This document shows, one piece after another, positions 27,631-41,066 of a DNA stretch of 64,000 nt. Positions within the stretch are counted from its first letter, which is position 1. Every line of letters begins with the position of its first letter. The DNA lies in assembly GCA_964016885.1 (NCBI GenBank), contig OZ024743.1:308822001-308886000 (forward strand), read 5' to 3'. The position numbers and the translations under genes are program-made. The notes below the pieces were generated by a model. The model saw nothing but the letters and a program-made list of their open reading frames with translations. It ran no database searches and was not told where the DNA came from. This stretch comes from Eledone cirrhosa (Eukaryota).

Positions 27631-28834
27631 AGCCTGAACTTTCACCCTGTGCCTCCACAGGTTAATTGATATCTTTCTCTCAAAATATTTCAAGTTATAA
27701 ATGTATAACTCTTAGCATCCTGTACCATATGAAACCACATTCCTAAAACAAAACATTCCTAAAAATTACAACACAGCACTCTTGCTGCAACACATTAAAC
27801 AAATTATACTCATTACTTTCGTTTACTGCAAGTTTTCATGATCTGTCCACTAGTAAAAATACTTTAAGCATTTGAATTAACAAGCCTGTTTCCTTGATAT
27901 TTTCTACTGAATTATTACAGGATGTTAAGTGTTAAAGCCAGCAACTTGATAAAACTACCACCACCCTTCCCAGCTTCCTAACATCTATCCACGAATGGAA
28001 GTTTTATTGAATGAACATAATATGGCTGTATAATATTTTTTTTTTTTTTTGGTTCCCAACAACCAAGGTAGGCTGGAGTCTCCCCAAAACTAATAATAAA
28101 GTTGTTGGTAGACATTAAGGAAAGCTTTAATGAAAAAAAAAGAAAATGAAATGCCATTTGCCTTTAAGAAAAGAAAAAAAAAGCCATTGTAAAAAAAAAA
28201 AAAACATTTTGTAGTTTGTTATTATTTTTCTTGTTTTTTATCAATGTTATTTTTTTGTTATTTTCTTCATTTTCCATCTATATTTTTTTAAATTGTACAT
28301 AAAACTTCACATACACACATTCTGTATACATGTATACATATATATATACACATTCTGTGTACATACATGCATGCATCTGTATATGTATGCACGCTCATAC
28401 ATTCTGTGTACGTACACACATTCTGTATACATACATACTCATTCTGTGTACATATATACATCTATATGCATACATACACACATCTATATGCATACGTACA
28501 CACTACTTGTGTGTATACATCCATACATCTGTATGGAAACATACACACACACACACGTTTATATGTCCTATCTAATAGCTGTAATATTTGTATGTTTTCC
28601 TGAACACTAAAATAAATTATTTGAAAGTGAATTTGCCTTGGGGTAGGATTACAGATGTTTGAAGAAAGCCTCCATTGGTCATAAATGATGATGGATTTGG
28701 AAAGATCCTCTCCAGACGCAAGCCCTGGCAAAATCTTTTGTGTAAGACTAGCCATTGCTCATGCATTCCAATTTCCCTTCTCCATATCACCAAGATTGTC
28801 CAAAGAAAAGGCAACAGCCCATATAACTTGGCTC

Positions 28835-28992
28835 CAATGCCATTGCAACTAATTTTTTCCAGCTGGGTGAACTGGAGGAATGGGAAATAAAGTGTCTTGC
28901 TTAAGAACACAACATGCCGTTTGTCTTTAGAATCAAACTCTTGACATTAAGATTGTGTTCCCAAAAGCCAAACCACTAAGCCATATACCTTC
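28835..28992 (-). mobile_element. Old CORE-like SINE copy
   Basis: CAGCTGGGTGAACTGGAG..AAAGTGTCTTGC..AACCACTAAGCCATA. Similar remnants at 1-75 and 30350-30465. Confidence 0.7.
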
Positions 28993-30654
28993 ACTATATC
29001 TATGTTTAGTGTCACAATTATTTATTATCAATGAATAGCTGCCAACTCATTATCCTGTCTCTCTTATTGGCTATATCCTGTCCCTGTATTACAAGCCAAG
29101 AATAAATATTATCAGTTTGTAGAAAACCAAATAAAAATATTAATTCTCCCTCTGTTTCTCTTGCCAAAAATCTTTATATCTGTTATATATATATTTTTTA
29201 ATCCTTTTCTTACATTGTCATAATTTCTAAATGAATTGTAGTATAATTGAATTGTAATCCTGTATAGAAAATAAACCTATCAACTGTATCAGATTCCTAA
29301 TAAGAGAACCATAATATCTATGATAAACCTATCTTTCTACTTAAAACTCACATCTACAATATATCTAGTCTAAGGGATCTATTTATAATATTGTAACAAA
29401 AAGAAAGAGAAAAATGAAAACACAAAGGAGGTGGAAGAATGCAGTGGGGAAAAACTCTATATCCTTGGCTTGACTCTGTGTGCTTGTATTACACACACAC
29501 ATTCTATACTCTTGGCTTGACAGTGTTTGCGTATGTATGTATTACACACATACACAAATTCTACACCCTTGGCTTTATGGCATATGTCAGATCTGCCTTG
29601 TGAACAAAATAGTGAAATTATTGCCACAGAGAACAGCTAGCAATCCCCACCACTACATCAGTCATTCCCTTTCATGGGGCCCCTGTACACAAAATGGCAA
29701 AAGCATTACCATAGAGAGCAGTTGGTGATGATCACTGTATTAGCTACTCCACCTCATGGGGCTCCTCTATCAAGTGTGATGCCATCCTCCCAATTTGGTA
29801 AATGAAAACTAGGGTTGCACAATTATCACCAGATAATTGGTATCAGCCATTCTGCTGATAAATTGGTATCAATTTTTTTATTGACGAATTATCATATTTG
29901 TTAATCAGCCATTACTGTTTTGAAGCAAAGTTTTTCCAGCTATAATGATTCCTATTATCTTATTCAAACAAAAAGATTAAATTTAATGATTGAATTTAAG
30001 AGCTAGTGAATTATAATGTAAAGGCAAAAAATGTATCCATTTTCTGAGTATAACTCATGCATGTTACCCCTTATAATAAAATCAGTCTAATTTTGTCATC
30101 ATATTCTCTCAAATAGTAGCTCCATAACTGTGATTAAGACTATTAATATCTTCTACTGCATGAAACCGTATTAGCAAGAAATTGTTAAAATACAAAACAG
30201 CAGTATAGGTGATGGTGAAAGGGAGTTGTAGTTGCCAAGTAAGAGTTTCAAACTAATAAAAGTGTGAACAGACATACACATGTGTAAAATAAAATGTCTA
30301 AAGTCTGTCTTGATCCCAGAGGCTCACCAGGCTCAACCACCAGCTATTGCTAGTACTCATTTTCAGCTGGGTATACTGGAGCAATATGAAATGAAGTGTT
30401 TTACTCAAGAATACAACATACAACCCAGTGCAGGAATTGAACCCACAAAATTATGACCATGCACCTCCATTATGACTGCATTGCTCTCAATAGTCTAATA
30501 CTGCAAATTTTTATAACAATCTTTCCAATAGTAAAGATACTATAAACATTTGAATTAACAAACCAATGTTTAGATATTTCTGCTAAATCATTATAGGATG
30601 TTAAGAGTTAAGCAATTTTCTTTATTTGTTTAAGAAGGAAACTCACTTCCACCT

Positions 30655-30861
30655 CCTCTACCACCTTTGCTGTCATTCCCAGCACCACCACCACCAGCAC
30701 CAGCACCACCATAACCATAACCAGCACCATCAACACCATCAACACCAACACCACCACCACCACCACCATCACCACCACCATCAACACCATCACCACCAAC
30801 ACCAACACCACCACCACCACCACCATCACCACCACCATCACCACCACCATCACCACCACCA
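30655..30861. repeat. (CAC/CAT)n trinucleotide microsatellite
   Basis: Seen directly in the sequence. Confidence 0.95.
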
Positions 30862-31282
30862 GATACTTATGATACTGTCATGCTGCATCCAATATATTGA
30901 TATGATTTAATAACAATATAAAGCTCCTTGATTATTATAGAATTGTATGATAAAACATTTTTATAATATTATTATAACATTGCTCCTCAGACTTAATTAA
31001 TGCTCTGTTCTCTTTTTTTAACCAGTTTTTTTTTCTTTTCTTTTGGAATGAATGTATGTTGTTATTTCTTTGAATTTCAATTCTTTGTTTTTGTTCACTT
31101 CTGAAGAGATAATGATTATATAAATATATAAATATTTCTTGTGTTCACAAGAGAGATATCTAAATTAAAACACATGTATACAACAAAATAGATTATATTC
31201 CTCCCATTAACACTGACTCATATATGATACTCGCTTATCATCATCATCATAACCATAACCATTATTGTATACATTAATATAA

Positions 31283-31482
31283 GGGCAGCAAATTGGCTGT
31301 ACCAGTAGGGCATCGGTCAACATACTTTGCGGCATTTAGTTACATCCCTTTATGTTCTGGTTTTCAAATCATGCTGAGGTTAGCTTTGCCTTTCATCCTT
31401 ACAGGGCTTGTTAAAATAAAGTGCCAGTAATGCACTTTCCCTTTCTCTTCGAATTGTTGGCCTTGTTCCTAAATCAGAAACC
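31283..31482 (+). mobile_element. Nin-domain-type SINE (SINE-2)
   Basis: CTTTGCCTTTCATCCTTAC..AAAATAAAGTGCCAG and tail GGCCTTGTTCCTAAATCAGAAAC. Other remnants at about 18630-18750 and 31520-31950. Confidence 0.75.
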
Positions 31483-32068
31483 ATCATGTAAGCAAATATC
31501 CATATTACTTTAACACTAGCATTGGAACTAGCAGAGTTGTTAGTGTCTGATTAAATCCATCAATATTTGCTCTCTGGCTCTCTGCCTGCTTGGTTCAAAT
31601 CCTGCTGATGTCACCTTAGTGTTTCAGCTATTCTCAGTGTTTTTTTTTTTTGTCCACTTATTCTTGGAGGATTATGGGGGAAGAGTCCTCAAGTACTCCT
31701 TCCAGTGGGCCCTGTCAGAAACAACCATCTCGAATTGATCTCCCAAGACCAACTGAGCTCAATGATGTTATCCAACCATCTGCCATTCATAGTCAATAAA
31801 CAAAATCCCAGTCCAGGGTTAATGGATTGGCTGAATTGTTGAAGAGTTGGTAAGGATGCTTTGTAGTGTCTATTCCAGCATTGAACATTCTCAGTTTGAA
31901 TCTCACTTTTCATTACTGAAAAGTTGATGACACTCCTGCCAAGTATTGGGACTGACAGATAGTATTATTGCCTCATTTGTCCAATTTGATGATCATCTTG
32001 CTTTTTTTTTCTTCTTCTAAATTTCTGCAAAGTTTCCATTTTAATATGAAGTATTTCCATGAATTGAA

Positions 32069-32281
32069 TTAACCCTTTAGCATTTAAACTGGCCGTATCC
32101 AGCTAGAGTTCTCTCACCTCTTACTGTTCAAACCGGCTGTAACCAGCCACTCATACCCACATTAAAGTATTGTTCTCAAAATAAATACCAAAATCTCGTA
32201 GATTTGATATTATGTAAGGTAAAGCCTTTTCTGTGAAAATACCAAAGTAAATATAGAGTAATGCAAATGCTAAAGGGTTAA
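32069..32281. mobile_element. piggyBac-type MITE
   Basis: TTAA-CCCTTTAGCATTT ... AAATGCTAAAGGG-TTAA terminal inverted repeats, similar to the piggyBac ends at 62401 and 63875. Confidence 0.85.
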
Positions 32282-33260
32282 AACTAAAGCAGAATCTTTC
32301 TATATACTTCTAGTGATCTAATATTAACAGTAGTGATAATATGTTCCTGCCATTTTGATCAGGAGCCCCCAAAGGGATCAATATTGACACAGATTAAACT
32401 TTGGGGCCAAATTCTGATATTTATATAATGAATAATAAAAATGAAAATACAACTTGATTAGACATGTTTCAGATTTATATATAATTAGTCTTTATTTTTC
32501 TATTAATTTTATATTCTGTTTACTGGTTTATTTATCAACATATTTATTTTTGCACATTCCTGGGATTTGATGGAGTCAGGGATTCCACAAAATGGTGGAT
32601 AGTCTAACATTTTGGGGGTATCTGATTTAGATATTTCAGATATAAAAAAAAACAACACTTTTTTTTTGCTTTTTATTCATACCCCCTCCCCACTTCCCTG
32701 AAATGAAATTAGTTAAATACTGAAAGGGACTTGGGTCACATTCTTCCACTTGTCGTCTTATGTTCTCTTTCCCTAATTTTGAATAGTCATCTTGTGATTT
32801 TTTTTTCACCATTATACTTTTATATTTTTAATTAAAACAATTATTTTATTAAGTATTTTTGTGAAGTGTCCATTTAGAATCACTCTTATATTGGTATTTT
32901 ATTTAATCTATACACAAAGAAATTTGTCAGTTTATTGTTGAATGGGTGCATACTATGATAAAAGAACTTTAAAAAATGATAATAGAGAAAGATGGAAAGA
33001 ACAGTTTAGATGTGAAAAATTAAATAATGAAAAAGGAAAAAGTTGGCTGAGTGGTGTATCAAAGTTGTGCACATTGGATAGGATGGTGAAAGCATGGTAA
33101 GAACAGCCAGCAACATCCACCTCCGGAGGTTCTTTCCTCTGGTAGGATGCCCTCCAAATTTTTTTGAGAAAAATGGATGTCTAAGAACTGAGTAAACTAG
33201 AGGCCTTGGTGACCAGCTAGCAAAAGAAGAGGCTAGTTTAGTCAGTATTTGGACATCTTC

Positions 33261-33460
33261 AACTCATCTGTGTTGTGGCTGGCAGTACTCAGGTTTGTGG
33301 CTGAAGCACCATGTTCACAACCAGAGAACTCATCTGTGTTTTGGTTGAAAGGGCATAGGGTTGTGACTGAAGTACCAAGGTTACAATCAGAGAACTCATC
33401 TGTGTTTTGATTGGCAGTGCACAGGGTTGTGGCTGAAGTACTAAAGTTAGAACCAGAGAA
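33261..33460. repeat. Minisatellite, 66-bp unit, 3 copies
   Basis: AACTCATCTGTG recurs at 33261, 33327 and 33393. Confidence 0.9.
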
Positions 33461-33761
33461 CGCAACACTGCATGTGAAATCCTATATTAGGTTATCCTGG
33501 CTGAGTGTTTGCCATCACCATGACTGATATCTTGTCTGCAGTTGTGAGGGGAAATGAGCCATGTGAAGGTATTGGCTAATAACATCATTCAAGATGGTGT
33601 GCTGATGGAACCGACTGTCATTCTGGTAACGAGAGTGGTTACAGTCCAAACTTGTCAACAATGACTTCTGTATGCTAATTTTTCTCAGATTATATTGTTC
33701 CCCTGGGTAACCCCCCTCTCCCCATAATTCCTCTACTAGGAAACAAGTGCCTCCTGTTTGA

Positions 33762-34262
33762 GAATTACTGGTATATATACTTGTTATTCAAAATGTTGAA
33801 AAAAAAATTACTCGTGTATATTGTTGTTCTTTAAAGTGTTGTAATGAATTACTGGTATATATTCTTGTTCTTCAAAATGTTGAAAAAAAAACCGTTACTG
33901 GTGTATTTTGTTGTTCTTTAAAATGTTGTAATGAATTACTGGTATATATTGTTTGTTAAAATGTTGATCAGTAAAAGGTTTCTGGGCAAATGTTCAATAT
34001 CTAAATTATAGCTCATCTACTTGTAATTCGTCATTTAGGAGAAAAAAAATCATGTATAATCTCTGAATATATATAATTTAGCAAGCTCACACTGCTCTTG
34101 CATATACTTATATTAGCATGTATTTAGCAAACTACACACTACTCTTGCATATACTTACATTAGCATGTATTTAGCAAACTACACACTACTCTTGCATATA
34201 TACTTATATTAGCATGTATTTAGCAAACTACACACTACTGTTGCATATACTTATATTAGCAT
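33762..34262. repeat. Two adjacent minisatellites (~42-bp and ~48-bp units)
   Basis: GAATTACTGGTATATAT..AAAATGTTG repeats, then ATTTAGCAAACTACACACTACTCTTGCATATAC repeats. Confidence 0.85.
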
Positions 34263-34530
34263 GCATTTGTACTCACAAATTAAAGGAATTGATTAAAAGT
34301 TATTTTGCCAGAAATTTTGGAATACAGATTACACACACACAGACACACATATTTACATGTTCTCACACACACACATATTTACACGTTCACACACACACAC
34401 ACATTTATATATGTATATATATAATTTGTATTAGTAATATGGGATTTTTTTGTTTATTGTTTATTGTATTACTTCCACATAGTTGAAGTTGACTACTTTT
34501 ACATTATTTCATAGTGTGGGTGTATGTGTA

Positions 34531-34563
<33 letters not shown>

Positions 34564-34565
<2 letters not shown>

Positions 34566-35956
34566 GAGTATAGCGAGGAATTTAGCGTACAGGTTGGGGT
34601 CCACCAGGGCTCTGTTCTTAGCCCTCTCCTGTTCATCATAGTCCTGCAGGCAATAACGGAGGAGTTTAAGACCGGATGCCCATGGGAACTCCTGTATGCT
34701 GATGACCTCGCACTCATAGCTGAATCTATGGTAGAACTAGAGAATAAATTCCAAACCTGGAAGCAGGGACTAGAGAGAAGGGGCCTCAAAGTCAACATGA
34801 CAAAGACTAAGGTCCTTATAAGTAGACGAGAAAACAGAACCCAGATCCCCTCAGGGAAATGGCCTTGCTCAGTATGTAGGAAAGGTGTAGGTAGGAACTC
34901 CATTCTTTGCCCCAAATGCAAACAATGGGTACACAAGAGATGTAGCGGGATCTCAGGAAGCTTAATTAAGAATGTAGGATTCACATGCAGCAGCTGTGCT
35001 GAAACAGCAAGCAAACAGCCACAGGAAACAAGTACCACCAATCTCTGGGAGGGCCCTGTAGAAACAGTAGACAGCTTCTGCTACCTAGGTGACCGAATTA
35101 GCAACGGAGGTGGGTGCTCAGAAAGTACAATAACTAGGGTAAGAACGGGATGGAAGAAGTTTAGGGAACTACTACCACTGCTAGCTGCAAAAGGCTTCTC
35201 CCTCAGAATGAAAGGCAGACTGTATGATGCGTGTATCCGAACAGCGATGTTGCATGGTAGTGAGACCTGGGCGCTGAAGGTGGAAGACTTACGTAGATTA
35301 GAGAGAAACGAAGCCTGCATGCTCCGATGGATGTGTAACAGTAATATACGTGAACGACAAAGCATAAATGAATTGAGAGAGAGACTGAGCATAAGAGGAA
35401 TCAAATGCTGCGTGCAGGAGAGGCGGTTACGCTGGTATGGACATGTGATGCGTATGAAGGATGACAGCTGCATAAAAAGGTGCAGAGCACTAGAAGTTGA
35501 TGGAAACCGCGGAGTGGGGAGACCCAAGATGACTTGGGATGAGGTGATAAAAGCCGACCTTACCCAACTACACCTCTCAAAGTCAATGACACACGACCGT
35601 GACTTCTGGCGTCACGCAGTAATACAGGGTACCCGACCTCCCATGGGTACATGCTGAAGCATATAAACAATATGCCCCCCCCCCCCCCCCCACCGCAAGG
35701 TGGTCGTGGAGGTGCCACGGCAAAAAAGCACCCAGCCCACACTGTAAAGTGGACGTGTAGGCGCCACGAAAAAGCACCCAGCACTCACTGTAAATGAGGT
35801 TGGTGTTAGGAAGGGCATCCAGCTGTAGAAATCAAGCCAGATCAGTTCCTGTATGAGCAAGGCATGGTCAGCCGACCAGACACTGCCCACAACAGGACAA
35901 CCCGTCTAACCCATGCTAGCGTGGAAGAACGGACGTAAAACGGTGATGATGATGAT
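34564..35956 (+). mobile_element. RTE family A, 5'-truncated, young (remaining ORF open)
   Basis: [15 protein letters not shown]4HC3 insert, FCYLGD and thumb domain. Full 3'UTR and tail, inserted in a (GT)n(TA)n tract. Confidence 0.97.
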
Positions 35957-36319
35957 ATATATATGTGTGTGTGTGTGAATTAATCAAGTTAAGACAGATG
36001 TTACATAACCATATTTACTGGATAATACGTATTTCAGTGACACCAGTGTAGAACTGTTTGTGATTATTACAACTAATACTGGTGTGGTATCATCAGATGT
36101 TAACACAATTATGTGTAGGAGTTATGTCACAGCCAAATGCTTCCATTTTAGTCGAAGTACATTAAACATAGAAACTCCATGGTGTTTTATTGCCACCGTA
36201 GTGCTGGACAGATATGGCTGATGTGGAGTGCTCTTACCTGCTTACACATGTTTATAAACCAGACATTGCAATACAACTCTTTCAAATAAGCAACACAGTA
36301 GTTAGCAACTATATATATA

Positions 36320-36630
36320 TCATCATCATCATTATTTTACGTCCGTTTTTCCCTGCTTGCAAGGGTGGGACGGACATTGATTCTGGCTTGATTTCTACAG
36401 CTGGATGCCCTTCCTAACACCAACCTCATTTACAGTGAGTGCTGGGTGCTTTTTTGAAGGTGGAATGATAGGGACCCCAGTCCCTATCATCTCATTTCTA
36501 CAGCTGAGTAAACTGGAGCAATGTGAAATAAAGTGTCTTGCTCAAGGAAACAACACATCACCCGGTCTGAGAATTGAACTCACAACCTTTCGATTCAAGG
36601 CCAATACTCTAACCACTAAGCCATGTGCCT
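36320..36630 (-). mobile_element. SINE-1 copy with internal deletion
   Basis: Reverse complement of 6314-6648, lacking one module near 36455. Confidence 0.9.
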
Positions 36631-36664
36631 CCATATATATATATGTGTGTGTGTGTATGTGTTT

Positions 36665-37062
36665 GTTTTACCTAGGTGACCTAATCAGCAGTTGAGTAGG
36701 GTGCTCTGAAAGTGTGGTAGCCAAGGTAAGCCTGGCCTGGAAGAGGTTGAGGGAGCTAGTAACTCTGTTTTTCTCTGACTGAATGGTAGACTGTATGATG
36801 TTTGCATACAAACTGCAATGCTACATACATGGTGATAAAATGTGGTTCTTCACTCCAGAAAACTGGCAAAGGGTAGAAAGATATGAAGCAATTATGGTCC
36901 AATGCATGTGTAGTGTTAGTGTGTAGAAACTATATAGCATAGGTGCACTGAGAGAAACATTTAGTATAAGAGGAATTGGATGTAGTGTGTAAGAGAGAAG
37001 ACTGTGTTGGTATGGATATGTGGTACATATGGAAGATGACAGAAAACTGGACATTAAACAGT
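36665..37062 (+). mobile_element. Old decayed RTE 3' fragment
   Basis: YLGDLISS..GCSESVVAKV..WKRLREL and RRLCWYG. Confidence 0.8.
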
Positions 37063-37499
37063 AATGATTATGGCACACACACACACCTTGCATTGAAAAA
37101 CAAATTGAAACATTTTCATATATAGCATATATGAAACATTTGTGTGTGTGTTTTTACACACACACACCACACACCACACACCACACACACAGCATTTGTA
37201 TTGAAAAGTGAATTTGCATCTTCAGAATGCATCATTTTGATATGTAATGTACACAGAATATTTAATCTAAAACCTGTTTTACCTTATTTTCTACTTAGCT
37301 TGTTTGATGTTTGATGTAAGCTGCTTCATAATTTCGACACTTTTTTTCCTTCTCTTTCTAATGGTATTTAATAATCTTATCTTGTTGGTTAGATAAATTT
37401 GTTTCTTTGAATTTTGAAATCTGAAATCTACAGCCTGTTTTCATATTTCTTGTTATATACTGTAAAGATTTTTCTTTTACTCATCCTCTTATTTTCTGG

Positions 37500-38040
37500 C
37501 TCTTTACCTTCTGCGTTCAAATCCAAGCAAAGTCAACTTCACTTTGTCTTTCTGTAGGTTATCAATAAAATAAAGTACCAGTCATGTACTGAGGTCAATC
37601 TAATTGACATTCCCTCACCTAGGTTATTGGCCTTGTGCCTAAATTAAAAATCCTCATCATCATCATATATTATTACATTCTGAGTTCAAATCCTGCCAAG
37701 ATTAGCTTTGCCTTTTATCTTTATGGGGTTGATAAAATAAAGTACCAGTAATGCACTGGGGTTGTTTTATTCGACTTTTCCCTTCCCTCCAAATTGCAGG
37801 CCTTGTGCCTAAATCAGAAACCCTTATTATTAGTACATTGGATAACATGCTTTACAGAATATAGGTACTTCCCTTTACATCCTGCCAAGGTTAGTTTTAC
37901 CTTTCATCCTTACAGGGTCAATAAAATAAAGCACTACTAATATACATGAGTAGTGCTTTATTTTGTTGACCCTGTAATCGACTTACCCTCCTACCAAAAT
38001 TGTTGGCCTTGTGCCTGAATCAGAAACTATTATTATTATT
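37500..38040 (+). mobile_element. Three tandem SINE-2 (Nin-type) copies
   Basis: Three repeats of TCAAATCC..CTTTGCCTTT..ATAAAATAAAG..GGCCTTGTGCC..GAAAC. Confidence 0.8.
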
Positions 38041-40434
38041 ATGTTGCATGGAGGTAATATCTCTGCTTCATAATTGATACTTTTTTTTTTTTTGTGAGTA
38101 AAAAATGCTATATGAATTTAATCAAATTATTTCAGTCTTACAAATTGATTAAGGCCAGTCATTTTCATATATATTATCGTATATATCATCATATATATTA
38201 TCATGTTTCTTAAACCCTACCTTTATCTGATGCGATATACTGCTTATATATTCCAGTTTTGAAAATAAATAAATTGGAGGAACTTGTTGTTAGTAATGTG
38301 AGAACGTAACAAAACCTTTTGAGAAAATTATAACAAATAGTTTAAATGCATGAAATTTCAAAACTGGCAGTTTTATATAATAAAACCTGAGGAGTCTTTA
38401 TGTTGATATCATAAGCATGCAACACATACTTGAAAAATCTATATCTATCAGTTTCTGTCGATTCAATTTCTCTCAATGTTTGAGTCAATGTGAGGCCATT
38501 GTAAAGAACCTTAACCATACAGCCATGCTGGTACCTATCTCATGGCAGACAGTGTTTGATCCTGCCTGTGGCTCTCTCCATTTTCTTCTATCTTCAGAGG
38601 TTATTTTACCTGTCTTATTCAAGTATTTTATACTTAATCTGGGTTGTACCAGCTTTACTAGAAGTGAACATACTTTCAAGTTCACCTCCCTCTCACACAC
38701 ATTGGTATAGAAGTGGCTGTGTGTGTTTTTATTATGCATTATATATGGATATACACACACAAACACCCACATACACATGGTGATCTGCATTCAGTTTACA
38801 AATTTTGGAGAATGGGTTACAGGTTAGTTTGGCAGGAGTCATGAGTGCAGGTTGACGTTCAGTTTATGGTTTTTGCTCAGCGTTTTGTGGACAGACTAGA
38901 GCAATAAGAGTCTTATGTTTATATACATATATATATATAGATAACAAATTTAATATTGAAATGGCTTCTACAGGAAATCATCAGGAGAGCCAACTGGCAT
39001 TGTAATACAGTGGTGTTTGCATGTTTTCTGGTGGTTGGGAAAGGTGGTGATTTTGAGGATGGACAGAGGTTATTGTTTTGAGGGATTTTAAAGAACAGGA
39101 AACCTTTGAAAATGCATTGAGTACTTTACTTACTGTGGTTAGCCTCGATTGAACTCGGGACACAAACACACACACCTCCATCAGGGTTGGTTTCTTTCTT
39201 GCAGGTAAATGTGAAAATATATTGCACTAGTAACTGATTTTAGACAGCTAGCATGAATACCCCAGAAACTTTAAATAATTCTTTCTGTTTCTTTCTGTCC
39301 TTAAAGATCTAATATTAAATTGATGCATTCTAAATATTGTCTTAGCACTAAATTAGCATCATTACTGTGTGTGTATATGTATGTGTGTGCACATGTGTGT
39401 GTGTGTGTGTGTGCACATGTGTGTGTGTGTGTATAGGTATGTATATGTATGTATAGCCAGATGCATGATAGATAATATTAGGGGATTAGTTAGGTTTAGT
39501 GATGACAGATGGAGAGATAGTGAGTCTCTGTTAAGATAAACCTTTTCATATCTAGACATCTTTCTTGTGCTTTTTTCCTTCAGGAGATATGGATCTCATA
39601 GATAAGCAATACTTGTACAACAGTGAACAAATACAATGGGCTACTATTGGGTGTGTATTTGTGTGTGACTGTGTATGTGTTTTATCTGATTAAGTTATTA
39701 CTTGCTAGTTCTCTGATCATATGAAGATCCAATATGCTGCAGGACTGTGATTCATATAACCTTTGTCATTTTTATCTACTTCAACATTTCCTTTTCATCC
39801 AAACTTTCAGTTTTTTTTTTCTACAACTGATGATCAATCAGTCGTATGTATTGATTTGCTGTCCAAAATCAGTTTGACTGAATTATTAAATAAGCAACCA
39901 TTGTTGAAATTACATTTGCCAAAAATGTTTGACTTGACAACTGAATAATGGAGGTTGTGGGTGAAGGTTGGTGGAGAGAAGAATGTTCCATAATGTGTGT
40001 GTGTGGGGTAAGAGGAGTGTAGGTAGGAATGGGAGTGAAGAGAGAGAAGAACTGTTCTATAATGCAGGAAGGTGGTTTGTTAAACACAGAACTGATTTTT
40101 CCTCATAGAAACAGAAAACAAGATTATTTTCCTTCTCCTAAGGTAAATGAACTTAGCAGTCAATGTTATTTGCCATAGATATTTTATGCTCCATAACATT
40201 TCTTAAAAAAAAATTTTTTTTTTTAATGTATTTCCGGTGGTGGTGCTGTATGTGTGGGGGCTGGTGATATTTACATATTTTTCTCCTTGTTTTTATGGAA
40301 ACCAGGAAATTATTATAATTATCATATTTACATGTATTTATTTTCTGGTAACTGACCAATTAATTTTATAATGAAATGATGATGAGATGTAGTTAGAGAA
40401 TGAATAAAACAAATAATAATTATAATAACAAATA

Positions 40435-41000
40435 TCATCATCATCATCATCATCATCAACGTTTAACGTCCGCGTTCCACGCTTGCATGGGTTTGGACGG
40501 GGGTTTTCCCACTTGAGGCAAGAGTGATTGTCTTGCTCGCATAGGACTGTCTGGCAGGTTTTCTACAGTTGGATGCCATTCCTAACACCAACCACATTTA
40601 CAGTGTGGGTCTGGGAGGTTTTTACCGTGTTGCCTACACGGCCACATTACAGCGTGGACTGTGTGTTTTTTTGTCGTGACACCTACACGATCTCATTTGT
40701 TTCGGCCTGGATGGCGCGGCACCAACATAACTTTACATAGAACGGGGTGGTGTGGATGGGGTGGGAGTGGTGGGACGGGGTGTATTTTGTTAGAGATGCC
40801 TACTGGCTGTAGTAGGTTTTACTATGTATTTAGGTAAGGCGGGTCTTCTCTGTTACTGAGTACCGCCAAAGGTCTCGGTCCAGTGACATTGTCTTGGAGA
40901 GGTGTAAGTGTGTGAGGTCGGTGTTTATCAGCTCGTCCCAGGTTTTTCTAGGTCTGCCTATTCCGTGGCTACCGTCTATCTTTATTGCCCTGCACTTTGT
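40435..41000 (-). mobile_element. RTE family B 3' fragment
   Basis: (CAT)n followed by the reverse-complement 3'UTR and ORF end. Confidence 0.95.
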
Positions 41001-41066
41001 TTAGATTCGTTAATGAGATGTTCATTATTGTATAGATTCGTTAATGAGATGTTCATTATTAGGGCA

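Noticed and set aside
30608-30910. Poly-His / poly-Val ORFs
   Set aside because: Translation of a (CAC)n microsatellite with no other coding evidence.
39180-40150. Splice-like signals (TTGCAG|GTAAAT, CCTTCAG, CCTAAG|GTAAAT)
   Set aside because: No coherent exon or recognisable peptide could be built.
41002-41060. 31-bp tandem duplication between head-to-head LINE 5' ends
   Set aside because: Likely local repair filler. It does not flank an element as a target-site duplication would.
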